Positions 8,800 through 18,653 are shown, counted from the stretch's first letter. The stretch is DNA of 64,000 nt from an uncultured virus (IMG/VR IMGVR_UViG_3300019366_000026) (IMGVR_UViG_3300019366_000026); one strand, 5' to 3'. Notes: generated from the sequence alone by a model not told the origin. Numbers and translations: made by a program.

Positions 8800-9962
8800 A
8801 ACTTCTGTGCGTAGTTGGTGATTTCATCGAGTTCACAAGTCCGCTTTGGGCCGCCTATTACCACGCGAGCGGCGCTATAGCAAGCGTTTCGCGTAAGTTG
8901 ACGTTGCCAACAGCAGTTATTACGGGACCATCGCCACGTTTCGGTTTTCAGAAGCTGAATGACATCGGGCGACGGTTTGGTATCATGGTGTATTTGGAGC
9001 CGGTCTTCGGAGAATGCAAGGATAATGGTTCCTCCTTCAAACTCGATTTCGATGTCCTCGAGATCTGCTCTCTCGGCTTTCTTTGCCATTTCTGCCTCGG
9101 CCGCTTCAACAAGTTTCCAGAACTTATGGCGGCTCGTGAAGATTTCTTTACCGCCTTTAGCCTTGAATTTCTCATTGAGTTCTCTTACGAGTTCGGCGGC
9201 TTTTTTAAGCAACTCGACCTTGCCCCTTTTTGCGAGGGTTTCCATGCGTCCGTATAGGTTGGAAACAAAAAGTGGACGGGAGTAAGGGGCATTTTGCGTA
9301 TCGATGGCGAAGATAGAACCGGCGGAGTCCATTATCTGGGCGCGGACAGCCTGCCATTCCTCATCATCTTTCTGCTCCTGAGGTTTGGCATCTTCAATCT
9401 TTTGCTGGATTCTCTTCAGGGCTTTTTCTCTCCATGCTCCGAACTCTTTGAGTGCGTGGTCGTAGGCATTGCTGGCACTTTCATTGCGTCGGGTGGGAAA
9501 TCTGGCCGGCCCCACAATCATTGCACTCGCAATGCGTGAGTGTTTGGCGAACAAAATCGATACCCATTCTGTGTAGCGTTTCGCGTATGCATCCTTTTCG
9601 TCGGCCGGAATATTAGCGAGGTCGTCCTGAAGTTCTTTTTCAAATTCGCGGATAGCTTGTGCTGCCCTTTCTTCCGGGGAGTGGCTGGTATTGTAAAACG
9701 CGTTCACTCCTGCGCTCCACAAATGCTCCATATTTTCCTCGTATTTCCACGAGATTACAACCCATTCTTTGAGGTTGAGGTCGCTAACCTCTATCTCCGA
9801 GCCGTCGGGGGCTGTGATGATGTGGTTGAATCGGCAACTGAACATTCCTTGCTCATATCGCTTTTTTCTCCACCCGAATTCGTGCTCAGGTGCTTCCGGA
9901 TTATTTACCGGGCGAACCGTCTTTGCTCGATGGCAGTTCTTGATGGTAAGTATTGTTTCCAT
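8778..9962 (-). CDS. Conserved phage/MGE protein of unknown function
   Basis: 394 aa; SAMIVGPARFP and RLQIHHDTKP..LK..WRWS....WQRQLT motifs recalled from mobile-element proteins. Confidence 0.7.
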   Translation of the reverse strand: METILTIKNCHRAKTVRPVNNPEAPEHEFGWRKKRYEQGMFSCRFNHIITAPDGSEIEVSDLNLKEWVVISWKYEENMEHLWSAGVNAFYNTSHSPEERAAQAIREFEKELQDDLANIPADEKDAYAKRYTEWVSILFAKHSRIASAMIVGPARFPTRRNESASNAYDHALKEFGAWREKALKRIQQKIEDAKPQEQKDDEEWQAVRAQIMDSAGSIFAIDTQNAPYSRPLFVSNLYGRMETLAKRGKVELLKKAAELVRELNEKFKAKGGKEIFTSRHKFWKLVEAAEAEMAKKAERADLEDIEIEFEGGTIILAFSEDRLQIHHDTKPSPDVIQLLKTETWRWSRNNCCWQRQLTRNACYSAARVVIGGPKRTCELDEITNYAQKLCQNLPA

Positions 9963-9992
9963 TTTGATTAAATATCTTATTTGCTGTATATC

Positions 9993-10412
9993 TTATTTGC
10001 ATTCAAGTGAGTCTGTGATTGTTTGGGTTTCGGCCAACCACCGGCCTAATATCTCGGCGACTTTAAATTTGTTCATAAAGACGCTTGGGGAATACCACGT
10101 TTCTTTCTTCCATTGAGCGCATATTCGATAATCGCTGTTTGTCAATGATGAGGGGTGGTAGTGTATTTCAAATTTCCTGTTAGCCTTGTCTGTAATCACT
10201 ACACATGGTGCTGAACCGATCCCATGCGATGGTGCGATTTCAAAGGCTTCAATATCGTCAAGGCTTGCGAGAGTTGTCTGAAAAGTTTTGTATGCTTCTT
10301 CGGCCCACATCTGCTCTTTTATCAGTCTTTGCTCTTGAAGAGCCTTGCTTCTTGTTCTCAGGGCTTCGGCATTCTCCTTTGCCTTTTTAGCCATTGTCAG
10401 TAGTTCGTTCAT
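9993..10412 (-). CDS. Hypothetical phage protein
   Basis: 139-aa ORF. Confidence 0.65.
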   Translation of the reverse strand: MNELLTMAKKAKENAEALRTRSKALQEQRLIKEQMWAEEAYKTFQTTLASLDDIEAFEIAPSHGIGSAPCVVITDKANRKFEIHYHPSSLTNSDYRICAQWKKETWYSPSVFMNKFKVAEILGRWLAETQTITDSLECK

Positions 10413-10415
10413 GGC

Positions 10416-10685
10416 TTATCCTCTTTCGGGGGCCTGGCCGACATCTACAAGTAAGGTCGGCACCTCACGTATGAATTCCTCGACCATTTCTTTCATGGCT
10501 TCTTCGGTTTCTGCAACCGCTACATAGAATAACGGTGCACATTCCTTCGGGCCTTTATATTGGCCTTCTCCTACGAACACAACCTTGCGGTCTTTCTGAT
10601 CCCTGCCGATGTCGTTATGGTGGTCCGCCACATCGTTTGCTTCTTGTCGGCTGTCAGCCCCGACGGTAATTCGTTTGACTATCAT
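10416..10685 (-). CDS. Hypothetical phage protein
   Basis: 89-aa ORF. Confidence 0.6.
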   Translation of the reverse strand: MIVKRITVGADSRQEANDVADHHNDIGRDQKDRKVVFVGEGQYKGPKECAPLFYVAVAETEEAMKEMVEEFIREVPTLLVDVGQAPERG

Positions 10686-10702
10686 ATCTATTCTTTTTAA
10701 TG

Positions 10703-11239
10703 TTATGCGTGATACTTGGCTACGAGGGCCGCGAGTGCTGAGCGGAAGTCATGGCTTCCGAGTTCTGCGAGGTCAATCAGTTCTTTCTCGCAGGCATCGA
10801 AGTTTAGCATCTCTTCTTTTTTGGGCTGTTCGTAGAGTTTGCGGAGGCCCTTGGAGCCGTCTTTGTAGGTGATGAGGACTTTCTGTCCTTTGTTGGTGCT
10901 TACGAGTTCCACCCCGATAACCCCCTTGGCCTTGTCTTCTGCGGTGACTGATCGCTGGATTCTTTGGCGTTCGCTGAGGGCCTGCTCAATCTCACATTCC
11001 TCATTCTTCGGCTCGGTGTAGTAGAACTCGAGAGTTGCGTTCCATACGTCGCTCATCGTTTTGTGAAGTTCCTCGTTTGTTAAGGTCTGGATGGTGGCGA
11101 AGTAGCCTTTCATCTGCTTGTCAAAGGTGGGGTCGTAACCGTTGTTCACTTCCCAATCGAGCATCAGGTCGAAATTGCTTTTCTTCTTTACGCTCTTGAG
11201 GATTTCGATTGCTTTCTTTATGGTTTCTCTTGTTGTCAT
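10703..11239 (-). CDS. Hypothetical phage protein, first gene after promoter copy 2
   Basis: Start moved to ATG 11239 (MTTRETIKK) because the longer ORF begins inside the promoter. Confidence 0.65.
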   Translation of the reverse strand: MTTRETIKKAIEILKSVKKKSNFDLMLDWEVNNGYDPTFDKQMKGYFATIQTLTNEELHKTMSDVWNATLEFYYTEPKNEECEIEQALSERQRIQRSVTAEDKAKGVIGVELVSTNKGQKVLITYKDGSKGLRKLYEQPKKEEMLNFDACEKELIDLAELGSHDFRSALAALVAKYHA

Positions 11240-11264
11240 CTTGCTTAGATTTTTGATGTTTATC

Positions 11265-11345
11265 ATCTTATTTGAATACTCAAAATTACACAAAAATAAT
11301 CATATACGCAAATTTTAGAGCAATAAATTTAATCAAATCTGCAAT
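11265..11345 (-). promoter_or_regulatory. Promoter/operator module copy 2
   Basis: Boxes at 11265, 11299, 11332; TAATTTTG -7 element. Confidence 0.8.
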
Positions 11346-11423
11346 TTTACCCTCTAATATAATCAATATGATAATATAAAAGGCAACCCCGAAAGATTGC
11401 CTCTAATCACACATTAGTAATTC

Positions 11424-11930
11424 TCAGAACTGAAAAAGGTTGTAGGATATGCCGATTCCAATATAGGGTTCCACGCGGTGTGGTGTCAACCCTGCGCCTA
11501 ATTGGATACCGATCCCCCAACGCTTGGTTTTGGTGGTGGGCGAACGAATATACACCACTTCGTTGCGTTGGAAAATGAAGATACTGTCAAGGGCCGGGTG
11601 GAAACCGCTCACGTAGGCCCGATATGTGCTGTCTTCGTATATTTTCTGAGTTATGGGAATTGTTACCTCAACACTGTCTTTTGAGTCCGGCTCTGTTGTA
11701 GCCAAAAGCGTATCCACGGTGGAAACTCTTTCGTCTGATGTATTCGCCACCGGCAATTTCTCGGTTACGTAGTTAATCACGAAACTATCCACCGGGATTG
11801 GTTTCCTATATGGGATTGTATCGACGAAGATTTCACGCCGTTCCTCGACTTGCGATTGCTTCCAAAGCAGCACATTGGCGACAATGGACACAATCAACAA
11901 AATCAAAGTTATTATAAGAGCCTTTTTCAT
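11424..11930 (-). CDS. Lysis-cassette membrane-anchored protein (spanin-like candidate)
   Basis: N-terminal TM, C-terminal KRWGIGIQLG...YIGIGISYNLF; directly after the amidase. Confidence 0.6.
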   Translation of the reverse strand: MKKALIITLILLIVSIVANVLLWKQSQVEERREIFVDTIPYRKPIPVDSFVINYVTEKLPVANTSDERVSTVDTLLATTEPDSKDSVEVTIPITQKIYEDSTYRAYVSGFHPALDSIFIFQRNEVVYIRSPTTKTKRWGIGIQLGAGLTPHRVEPYIGIGISYNLFQF

Positions 11931-12586
11931 TTGGATAGGCGTTTTACATAAGTTTCAACTCCCTTCACGTGGAGATCAACCACGGCTGCGTGGCCCTCCT
12001 TTGAGAGCAGAAAGTCAACATCGGCTTTGTTGTCTTGGAACAGCGACTCAGTAAGCACTGCGGCACACTTTGTGTGCATGAGGATATAGAATCGAGCCTC
12101 ATAGTCCGGGTCGCCATCGCTCCAGTCCGCACGAATGGGAACCTGCCGTTTGTCATAGGCCCCCTGCGCTTTCAGAAGCGGGAATCTGTCAATGTAAGGC
12201 TTGAGAGATACATTTGCAGCGTTCCAGATGTCCGTTGCAAGTGTATCGGCCTTGGTCTGCCCCGGTGAGGTATAGACGCACCAACCGCCGGCCGACTTCC
12301 ATTTTCCATCAGCACCAGCAGCGTTGCAGTGGACGGATATGAGGATTACATTGTCTTTGCCATATTTGTCGCAAATGGCGTTCACTCTGCGACAACGCTC
12401 TGCAAGGGAAATGTCGGTTTCTTCGGGGACGAGTATTCGGGCATCGACACCCTGAGCCCGACGCAGCGCGACTATATCCTTGACGAGCTCGCGGGCCTTT
12501 TTGTACTCTCGAAGACTTCCGTCAGGAGAGCATTTGCCAAGTGTGTCGATTCCATGCCCCGCATCGTAAACTTCTACTTTGATCAT
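11927..12586 (-). CDS. Endolysin, N-acetylmuramoyl-L-alanine amidase (Amidase_3)
   Basis: DAGHG, E, SVHCNA and AVLTE zinc-amidase motifs. Confidence 0.92.
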   Translation of the reverse strand: MIKVEVYDAGHGIDTLGKCSPDGSLREYKKARELVKDIVALRRAQGVDARILVPEETDISLAERCRRVNAICDKYGKDNVILISVHCNAAGADGKWKSAGGWCVYTSPGQTKADTLATDIWNAANVSLKPYIDRFPLLKAQGAYDKRQVPIRADWSDGDPDYEARFYILMHTKCAAVLTESLFQDNKADVDFLLSKEGHAAVVDLHVKGVETYVKRLSK

Positions 12587-12587
12587 T

Positions 12588-13094
12588 TCATTCTATAATT
12601 TCAGTGTCAGATGGGAGCACTTTGCGGTCTATGGCCTCAAGCACCCTTTTTCTGGCGAGTTCTTGAATAGATGATTTTAATTCGGCATCGCCAATCCATT
12701 CAGCAAAATCGCGGATTGTTTCAGGAATTTTGGCCGTTTTGCATTTGCGACGCTTCGAGTGTTCCATAACGCTACGCGTCTCGATGGAAACGATAGCGGC
12801 AGCTATTACCATTGACACATAGGGCCATTCATACCAAGTGAAAACAGTACCCATGATGCCAAAGAGAAACCCGAGCAACTGTATAAGCCAGTACCAGGCT
12901 ATTTTCTCAACGGTCTTGCGGAATTTGTGCGAACGAAGTGGTTCGTGGAGTTTCTTTGCAGTCCACGTGCCGCTTATGAAATCGACACCGCAAGCAGCCG
13001 CTGTCAGCAAGAACAGGCCGAAGCATACGGCGAGGTGCCGGTATAAGTGGCCTATGTCGTAGCCGGAGAAGGCAAGAGTGAAAATGTCGTTCAT
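12588..13094 (-). CDS. Phage holin family protein
   Basis: Three hydrophobic segments, DFISG and SHKFRKTVEK, adjacent to endolysin. Confidence 0.75.
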   Translation of the reverse strand: MNDIFTLAFSGYDIGHLYRHLAVCFGLFLLTAAACGVDFISGTWTAKKLHEPLRSHKFRKTVEKIAWYWLIQLLGFLFGIMGTVFTWYEWPYVSMVIAAAIVSIETRSVMEHSKRRKCKTAKIPETIRDFAEWIGDAELKSSIQELARKRVLEAIDRKVLPSDTEIIE

Positions 13095-13108
13095 AACACG
13101 ATGAGTTC

Positions 13109-14368
13109 TTACAGGTTGAATACTTCTTTGAATTTATCCACGAGGTCGAGTTTCTCCCACGTGAACTGCTCGACAACTTTGTCGCCGAACTTCTCGCGGT
13201 TGGGTATGCGCCCGAAATGACCGAAAGAAGCAGTTGCTTGGTAGATGGGATTGCGAAGTTTGAGGCGATTGATGATACCGGCCGGAGTCAAGTCGATTTC
13301 GTTGGAGATGATTTCGGCTATTTCAGCGTCAGAGATTGCCACATGGCTGTTGACGGTGGAAACATATACGCTGACAGGTTTCGCGACGCCGATAGCGTAA
13401 GCCACCTGGACCAGAACCTGATCGGCAACACCTGCGGCCACGAGGTTCTTTGCGATGTGGCGTGCCGCATAAGCAGCCGAACGGTCAACCTTGCTGGGGT
13501 CTTTGCCGGAGAAGGCACCACCACCGTGCGCCCCATGGCCGCCGTAGGTATCGACAATGATTTTGCGGCCGGTCAAGCCGGTGTCTCCATGGGGGCCGCC
13601 GATAACGAACTTGCCGGTGGGATTGACATGCAGAATGAGGTCATTGTCGAACAGTGCGGCGATTTCGGGAAGCAGATGCTCTTTTACGCGAGGCAGAAGA
13701 ATTTCTTCGATGTCCTTTTTGATGCGGTGAAGCATGAGTGTGTCTGCGTTGTCCTGAGTAAGCCCGTGTTCCGGCTTGATAAAGTCGTCGTGCTGTGTCG
13801 AGATTACGATGGTGTCAATGCGGACCGGGCGATTGGTTTCATCATCGTATTCAACTGTTACCTGACTCTTCGAGTCGGGGCGCAGATAAGTCATAACCTT
13901 TCCTTCTCGGCGGATCTTTGAAAGCTCCTGAAGAAGTTTGTGGCTGAGATACAGTGAAACGGGCATATACGTTTCGGTTTCATCGCAGGCAAATCCGAAC
14001 ATCATACCCTGATCGCCGGCTCCCTGCGCTTCTTCGGTTTTCCTGACTACGCCACGATTGATGTCAGGGCTTTGGCCGTGCATTGCATTGAGTATGCCAC
14101 AAGATTCGGCGTCAAATTTGTAGTCACTCTTGTTGTAGCCGATGCCGTTAATGACGCGTCGGGCGATATCCTGAACATCGACATGAGCTGTCGAACGGAA
14201 TTCGCCGGCAATAATGACCTGCCCGGTGGTGACGAGGGTTTCACACGCGACTTTGGCGTGTTCGTCCTGGGCAAGATAGGCATCCACGATAGCGTCAGAA
14301 ATCTGGTCTGCCACTTTATCGGGGTGCCCTTCCGAAACTGATTCGGAGGTAAAAAGATATTTTGCCAT
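13109..14368 (-). CDS. metK: S-adenosylmethionine synthetase (phage-borne)
   Basis: [35 protein letters not shown] signatures; full length. Confidence 0.98.
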   Translation of the reverse strand: MAKYLFTSESVSEGHPDKVADQISDAIVDAYLAQDEHAKVACETLVTTGQVIIAGEFRSTAHVDVQDIARRVINGIGYNKSDYKFDAESCGILNAMHGQSPDINRGVVRKTEEAQGAGDQGMMFGFACDETETYMPVSLYLSHKLLQELSKIRREGKVMTYLRPDSKSQVTVEYDDETNRPVRIDTIVISTQHDDFIKPEHGLTQDNADTLMLHRIKKDIEEILLPRVKEHLLPEIAALFDNDLILHVNPTGKFVIGGPHGDTGLTGRKIIVDTYGGHGAHGGGAFSGKDPSKVDRSAAYAARHIAKNLVAAGVADQVLVQVAYAIGVAKPVSVYVSTVNSHVAISDAEIAEIISNEIDLTPAGIINRLKLRNPIYQATASFGHFGRIPNREKFGDKVVEQFTWEKLDLVDKFKEVFNL

Positions 14369-14400
14369 GTGATTTTGTGATTGTTTTTATTATTTGTGTT

Positions 14401-14408
14401 CAAAGTTA
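14401..14408 (-). promoter_or_regulatory. -7 promoter element upstream of metK and lysis genes
   Basis: TAACTTTG 33 nt upstream of the metK ATG; lacks the operator boxes. Confidence 0.55.
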
Positions 14409-14434
14409 GGCACATATAATAATGTGGACTTAAC

Positions 14435-14481
14435 AAAAAGCGCCCGACAAAGTGCAAGCGTTTATGCAGTTTGCCGGGCGC
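14435..14481 (-). terminator. Intrinsic terminator between nucleosidase and metK
   Basis: GCGCCCGGCAAA...TTTGTCGGGCGC then TTTTT on the minus strand. Confidence 0.75.
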
Positions 14482-14524
14482 AGGGAGCAGACACTCCTAT
14501 CGGGGATATTGGCGTGGTAGGCCT

Positions 14525-15052
14525 TTAGGGTCTTTGCATAATCCCATCAACCAATGAACGGACCTGCGTCCATATTTCATCAGTTGACGTATGTATGCTT
14601 TCCGCATACTCATCGACATCAAGATTATCACTTACAATCTTGATAGCACCGAGCACATTGAAAGGAAATGCGACGATGTAGTTGAGTTCCATGTCGTATA
14701 GCACCGGCTCATCGCGCTCGTCTTCGGTAACAAAGTCGTTGCTGGTATAGCAATCGTATCCTTTGTTTCCTAACGGGCAACCATTACGGTAATCCTTGAA
14801 TCCGACAGTATGATCGATGAAGCGATATGAACGGCGCACTTTTGTAACAGTACCTTTGGGGAGTGTGTTGCTTCCACTGAAGCCGATGTTGATTATTGGC
14901 TCATAGTGCTTTTTCCGAACGAATGAAATCAGGAGTTCAGAGCACTTCTTTATCACGTTAGAAGCACCTACTCCCGTTTGAACGATTTTATACTCGCCGA
15001 GGTACTTTTTGGCAAGTTCAAACTCCTGATCAGTTGCTACCAGTATTATCAT
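14525..15052 (-). CDS. MTA/SAH nucleosidase / nucleoside phosphorylase-like protein
   Basis: TGVG, IINIGFSGS, DME and KIVSD motifs of the PNP_UDP_1 fold. Confidence 0.75.
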   Translation of the reverse strand: MIILVATDQEFELAKKYLGEYKIVQTGVGASNVIKKCSELLISFVRKKHYEPIINIGFSGSNTLPKGTVTKVRRSYRFIDHTVGFKDYRNGCPLGNKGYDCYTSNDFVTEDERDEPVLYDMELNYIVAFPFNVLGAIKIVSDNLDVDEYAESIHTSTDEIWTQVRSLVDGIMQRP

Positions 15053-15824
15053 CTTGTTGGGCTTTTTCGTTGAATACCTTGCCGAGGGGCGACGCGTCTA
15101 TTTCGGCTCTTTCTTCGGGAGAGCGGGTAGCATAATATTCGCTGAACGGAATATCCTTCTTGTTCATACCACGCATTGCAAGCCACTCACCGAAAGGCGG
15201 CATGATTCGCCCCTCTATTTTTGCTTTACGACTTTCTTCGCAGTACCTGATAAATTCGGGCTGTCGGTCAGGAGGTATTACTGTGCCACTGCTTCCGAGC
15301 CCTCCGCCGCGGCTTGCGCATGAAAGTTTATCGACAATCACGAACTCTGGGGAAATGACCTTGTAGAAGGAAATCTGAGCAATACGTGTTCCTCGACGAA
15401 TGAGGAACTGCTCATCGTTGTTCTTGATAATAACATTGATGTTGTCTGTATAGCCGGGATTGATTTTGCCGACTAAGACATCTGCGTCGAAATTCTGCTT
15501 TCCTGAAATTTCTTTGTGCCACGGAATAAAGCCGAGCAATTTCGTGGCAATCCTCTTCTTGCCGTAGCCTTCCATTCCTCGTATCGAGAAGCCGCTTCGT
15601 GGCTCAATTTTTCCTTCAATGTTGCGAGGTAAATTGATGGCGATGTTAAGCGGCATACAGCATCGGGAGTGTGCTGGAACAATGAAATCTACTGGAGCAA
15701 CAAGGTCGTACCCGATACTTCCGGGCTTCGCTTTGTATGGTAGAATGTAGAACTCTCCGAACGGCTTTACCTCAAATGGGCGAGGCTTCAGCTTAATGCT
15801 TTGTTTGGGTTCCTTGTTTTTCAT
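15030..15824 (-). CDS. dut: Trimeric dUTPase-like protein with insertion and C-terminal extension
   Basis: Motifs GYDL, PRSG, GKINPGY, RIAQ, RGGGLGSSG. Confidence 0.8.
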   Translation of the reverse strand: MKNKEPKQSIKLKPRPFEVKPFGEFYILPYKAKPGSIGYDLVAPVDFIVPAHSRCCMPLNIAINLPRNIEGKIEPRSGFSIRGMEGYGKKRIATKLLGFIPWHKEISGKQNFDADVLVGKINPGYTDNINVIIKNNDEQFLIRRGTRIAQISFYKVISPEFVIVDKLSCASRGGGLGSSGTVIPPDRQPEFIRYCEESRKAKIEGRIMPPFGEWLAMRGMNKKDIPFSEYYATRSPEERAEIDASPLGKVFNEKAQQDDNTGSN

Positions 15825-15879
15825 AATGGAATGTCAGGCGACCCCGCAGATATCCGTAGGGCCGCCTGAACCGGTGAAT

Positions 15880-16368
15880 TTATTTTGAGAATGTTACTTT
15901 GACTGTGGTTGATGAAGTCTTTGCAGGACCGTATATTTTCTTGACCTCGCCGGTTTCTTCGTTAACGATTGTCTGCGGGGTTGTAATTCCGCGCAGGAAC
16001 TTTTCGCGCTCCTTGATTTTGGCCTCAAGCTCTGTCCTTTCTTTGGCAAGTTCGTCCCATACTGAGTCCTGACAGGCACTGAAATCGAAGCGCACTCCCA
16101 CCTCGGCAATGCATAGATTCGCGCCGTTGAACGTTGCGCCGGTTCGGCCATACTTTTCTACCGCCCCGATTGTGGCTTCCACGACTGCCTGATCCTTGAG
16201 GAACTGTGAAAGGCAGTCATTCATTGCCTTGATGGTGGTGAACATTGAGATGGGGTCGGCTTCGCCATCGGTTACTTTTGCCACAAGTGCTGCGGCCGTG
16301 GACTTCTGAGTTTCCTTGGTGAACGGAATTGCTCGTCCGAAGATCTGTAATGATACGTTCTCTTCCAT
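15880..16368 (-). CDS. Hypothetical phage protein
   Basis: 162-aa ORF. Confidence 0.7.
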   Translation of the reverse strand: MEENVSLQIFGRAIPFTKETQKSTAAALVAKVTDGEADPISMFTTIKAMNDCLSQFLKDQAVVEATIGAVEKYGRTGATFNGANLCIAEVGVRFDFSACQDSVWDELAKERTELEAKIKEREKFLRGITTPQTIVNEETGEVKKIYGPAKTSSTTVKVTFSK

Positions 16369-16390
16369 TTGTTTGATATTTAGTTGTGAG

Positions 16391-16603
16391 TTACTTTTTG
16401 TATTCTGCTTTTACTTCTTTGTAGGAAAGAACCGAGAGGTAAGCCGTCACTACAATAAATGTTACAGATAAGATTGCACCGAGAATATTCATTGTGCCTT
16501 TCCACAAATGGGCTACCGTCCATATTGAGGATAAAATGAATCCAAGTACAGGATACATCATCTGGTGGATTGCTAAAATCCGAGATACAGTTTTGGCTGT
16601 CAT
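16391..16603 (-). CDS. Small two-TM membrane protein
   Basis: 70 aa, two hydrophobic segments. Confidence 0.6.
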   Translation of the reverse strand: MTAKTVSRILAIHQMMYPVLGFILSSIWTVAHLWKGTMNILGAILSVTFIVVTAYLSVLSYKEVKAEYKK

Positions 16604-16661
16604 AATTGGTTAAATATCTTATTTGCATTGTGAGTGGGCGAGTTTCCTCACCCACATTTAT

Positions 16662-16979
16662 TTAGAAGCGGGCCGCAAACTCGTCTGCGGTCATATTGAG
16701 AAGTTCATCTTTGGAGATACCGACTGAAGCAGCGATTTGCGAGGGAAAGACTTCGTAGTAGCGATACTGAGCAATCTCTTTTTTCTCATCTTCTGGGAGA
16801 TTTACAAAATCCTCATCGCCAGGGCCCCACATTCCAAGTGATGCGTCAAGTTCGGGGCCGCTTCCGGCTGAGCCTGTAATATATTCTCTGAACGTTATCG
16901 ACCCTTCGCCGGCCATATATCGGAAATCTTCTTTCCAATACTCGATAGATTCTTTTGTGAGGGTATATTCTTTTTTCAT
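16662..16979 (-). CDS. Hypothetical acidic phage protein
   Basis: 105 aa, first gene after promoter copy 3. Confidence 0.65.
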   Translation of the reverse strand: MKKEYTLTKESIEYWKEDFRYMAGEGSITFREYITGSAGSGPELDASLGMWGPGDEDFVNLPEDEKKEIAQYRYYEVFPSQIAASVGISKDELLNMTADEFAARF

Positions 16980-17003
16980 CTTGCGTTCGTTTTTGATTAA
17001 ATC

Positions 17004-17084
17004 ATCTTATTTGCATACACAAAGTTACTAATAAGTAATCATTTACGCAAATTTTAGAGCGATTATTTTAATCATATTCGCAAT
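17004..17084 (-). promoter_or_regulatory. Promoter/operator module copy 3
   Basis: Boxes at 17004, 17038, 17071; TAACTTTG -7 element. Confidence 0.8.
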
Positions 17085-17219
17085 TTTATCGTAGTATTAA
17101 TTATGTTTGGCTGCTACTGCAAGTGGGTCTGCACCTCTTTCCGCTATTTCCTGCATTTTTGGGGTAAAAAATAGCCCCACCAGATGGCAGGGCGAATGAT
17201 TCATTTCATGTTATTGTGG

Positions 17220-17753
17220 CTATTGTTTTTCAGAAACCGATGGCGGCACGGAATCAGTAGGCATTGACTGTTTTGTGTCATTCATCATTTCAGAGGCGAC
17301 TTTATCAGCAAAATATTTAGATCCGCGTTCTGAGAAATTTCCTATGATGAAAACCAAAGTTATGAGAACCGAGAAAAGTGCAGTGCCAACTACATTCAGT
17401 GTTATCGTTAGGCCTTTGCCCGGTGTTTCTGCCTTAACTGCCTCGCGTATCTTTGCTTGGTAGGAATCCAACATTTCTCGCTCGGCTTGGTTGATTTGTT
17501 CGCGCGTTACATTGATTACAACGTCAGAAAGTATACCTTCTGCTTCCGCACGATATTTTTTGATTTGCGAATCTGTTGAGGAACTTTGAATGAATGCCTT
17601 GATAGCTTCTTCTGAAGGCTCCTCGCCGCCGTTCTCTATTCTGACCTTGTTGAAAAACTCAATTTTGTGCTGTTTATAGAGGGCATATGCGACCAATCCA
17701 ATGATGTCGTTTGCATCATCGACGATCTTGGAGTACATCTTATGCGTTGCCAT
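17220..17753 (-). CDS. Membrane-anchored protein of unknown function
   Basis: 177 aa, GLVAYALYKQHKIEF motif, C-terminal TM helix. Confidence 0.7.
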   Translation of the reverse strand: MATHKMYSKIVDDANDIIGLVAYALYKQHKIEFFNKVRIENGGEEPSEEAIKAFIQSSSTDSQIKKYRAEAEGILSDVVINVTREQINQAEREMLDSYQAKIREAVKAETPGKGLTITLNVVGTALFSVLITLVFIIGNFSERGSKYFADKVASEMMNDTKQSMPTDSVPPSVSEKQ

Positions 17754-17754
17754 C

Positions 17755-17946
17755 TTACTTTCTATTTTTTAGCACGGTTCGGCCTGCAGCAGCAACGCTT
17801 CCGTGAGCAACGGTAATGGTTTTAACGCCAAACGCAGTAAAACATTTACCCGTAGCCACACGATTGCTTACCGAAACATTAGAACGTCCCGATGATACGC
17901 GATGTATGCCTTTTGCCAGGCTTTCCTTTGATATTCCGTTGCACAT
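17755..17946 (-). CDS. Small basic protein
   Basis: 63 aa, 1 nt from the next gene. Confidence 0.55.
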   Translation of the reverse strand: MCNGISKESLAKGIHRVSSGRSNVSVSNRVATGKCFTAFGVKTITVAHGSVAAAGRTVLKNRK

Positions 17947-17973
17947 AATTTTATGCTTTTAGTTGTATAACAA

Positions 17974-18210
17974 TTAAACAACCGGCACGCCATTTTGGTA
18001 GAGCCATTCGGGAGCAATGTCTGCTCCGTTGCCCCAAAAGATTGTTTCATCAAGGCCGAACTGTTTGAAAAGGTTCAAGTCTTTCAATTCCTGAAATGCC
18101 GGTGCATCAAGCACTGGAGTCATATCGACTTTCTTGACCGCGCCGTCATTGAATGTACAAATCAGAGAGTAATCTCCGTTGTATTCAACATCTGTTACTT
18201 TGAGATACAT
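17974..18210 (-). CDS. DUF2442 family protein (putative antitoxin)
   Basis: YSLICTFNDG..VDM and TIFWGNGADIAPEWLY. Confidence 0.85.
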   Translation of the reverse strand: MYLKVTDVEYNGDYSLICTFNDGAVKKVDMTPVLDAPAFQELKDLNLFKQFGLDETIFWGNGADIAPEWLYQNGVPVV

Positions 18211-18222
18211 ATTGAGTAATTT

Positions 18223-18474
18223 TTAGCGGTTGATTTTCGTGATTTTTTCGCCACGCTGGGCTTTCTCCCAAAGTTCCATAACCTCGCTTTCGTGCTGATC
18301 AAGGAACTCGTTCACCATAGCGATGGACTTTGCTTTGGCTCGACCCTCTACAATCCTATCCTTGATTGTGATGGTGAATTCCTCACCACCTCTGCGGACA
18401 TGGATATGCGGAGGATTATGGTCGAACCCATATAGGTAGATTAGTAAACCTTCGAGTATGTATATTGCGCTCAT
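18223..18474 (-). CDS. DUF4160 family protein (putative toxin)
   Basis: DHNPPHIHV motif, paired with DUF2442. Confidence 0.85.
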   Translation of the reverse strand: MSAIYILEGLLIYLYGFDHNPPHIHVRRGGEEFTITIKDRIVEGRAKAKSIAMVNEFLDQHESEVMELWEKAQRGEKITKINR

Positions 18475-18489
18475 TTATGATTACTTTTT

Positions 18490-18570
18490 ATCTTATTGGT
18501 GTATGCAAAGTTAATCAAAAATAATCATATCTGCAAATGTTAGAGAGGTTTATTTTATCATATCTGCAAG
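18490..18570 (-). promoter_or_regulatory. Promoter/operator module copy 4
   Basis: Boxes at 18490 (degenerate), 18524, 18557; TAACTTTG. Confidence 0.78.
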
Positions 18571-18653
18571 ATTTTCAACGAGAAAAAGGAGTGCCATTGC
18601 TGACACTCCCGAACATTGAAAAGGCTTCACACGCTCTCGCGCTTCCACCTTAC

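Noticed and set aside
14369..14524. SAM riboswitch upstream of metK
   Set aside because: Could not find SAM-I or SAM-II consensus elements by eye; a terminator and promoter element explain the region. An Infernal search would settle it
18588..18609. GACACTCC as a third copy of the 14.5/53.4-kb motif
   Set aside because: Only 8 nt, forms one arm of a local terminator hairpin and lacks the second block
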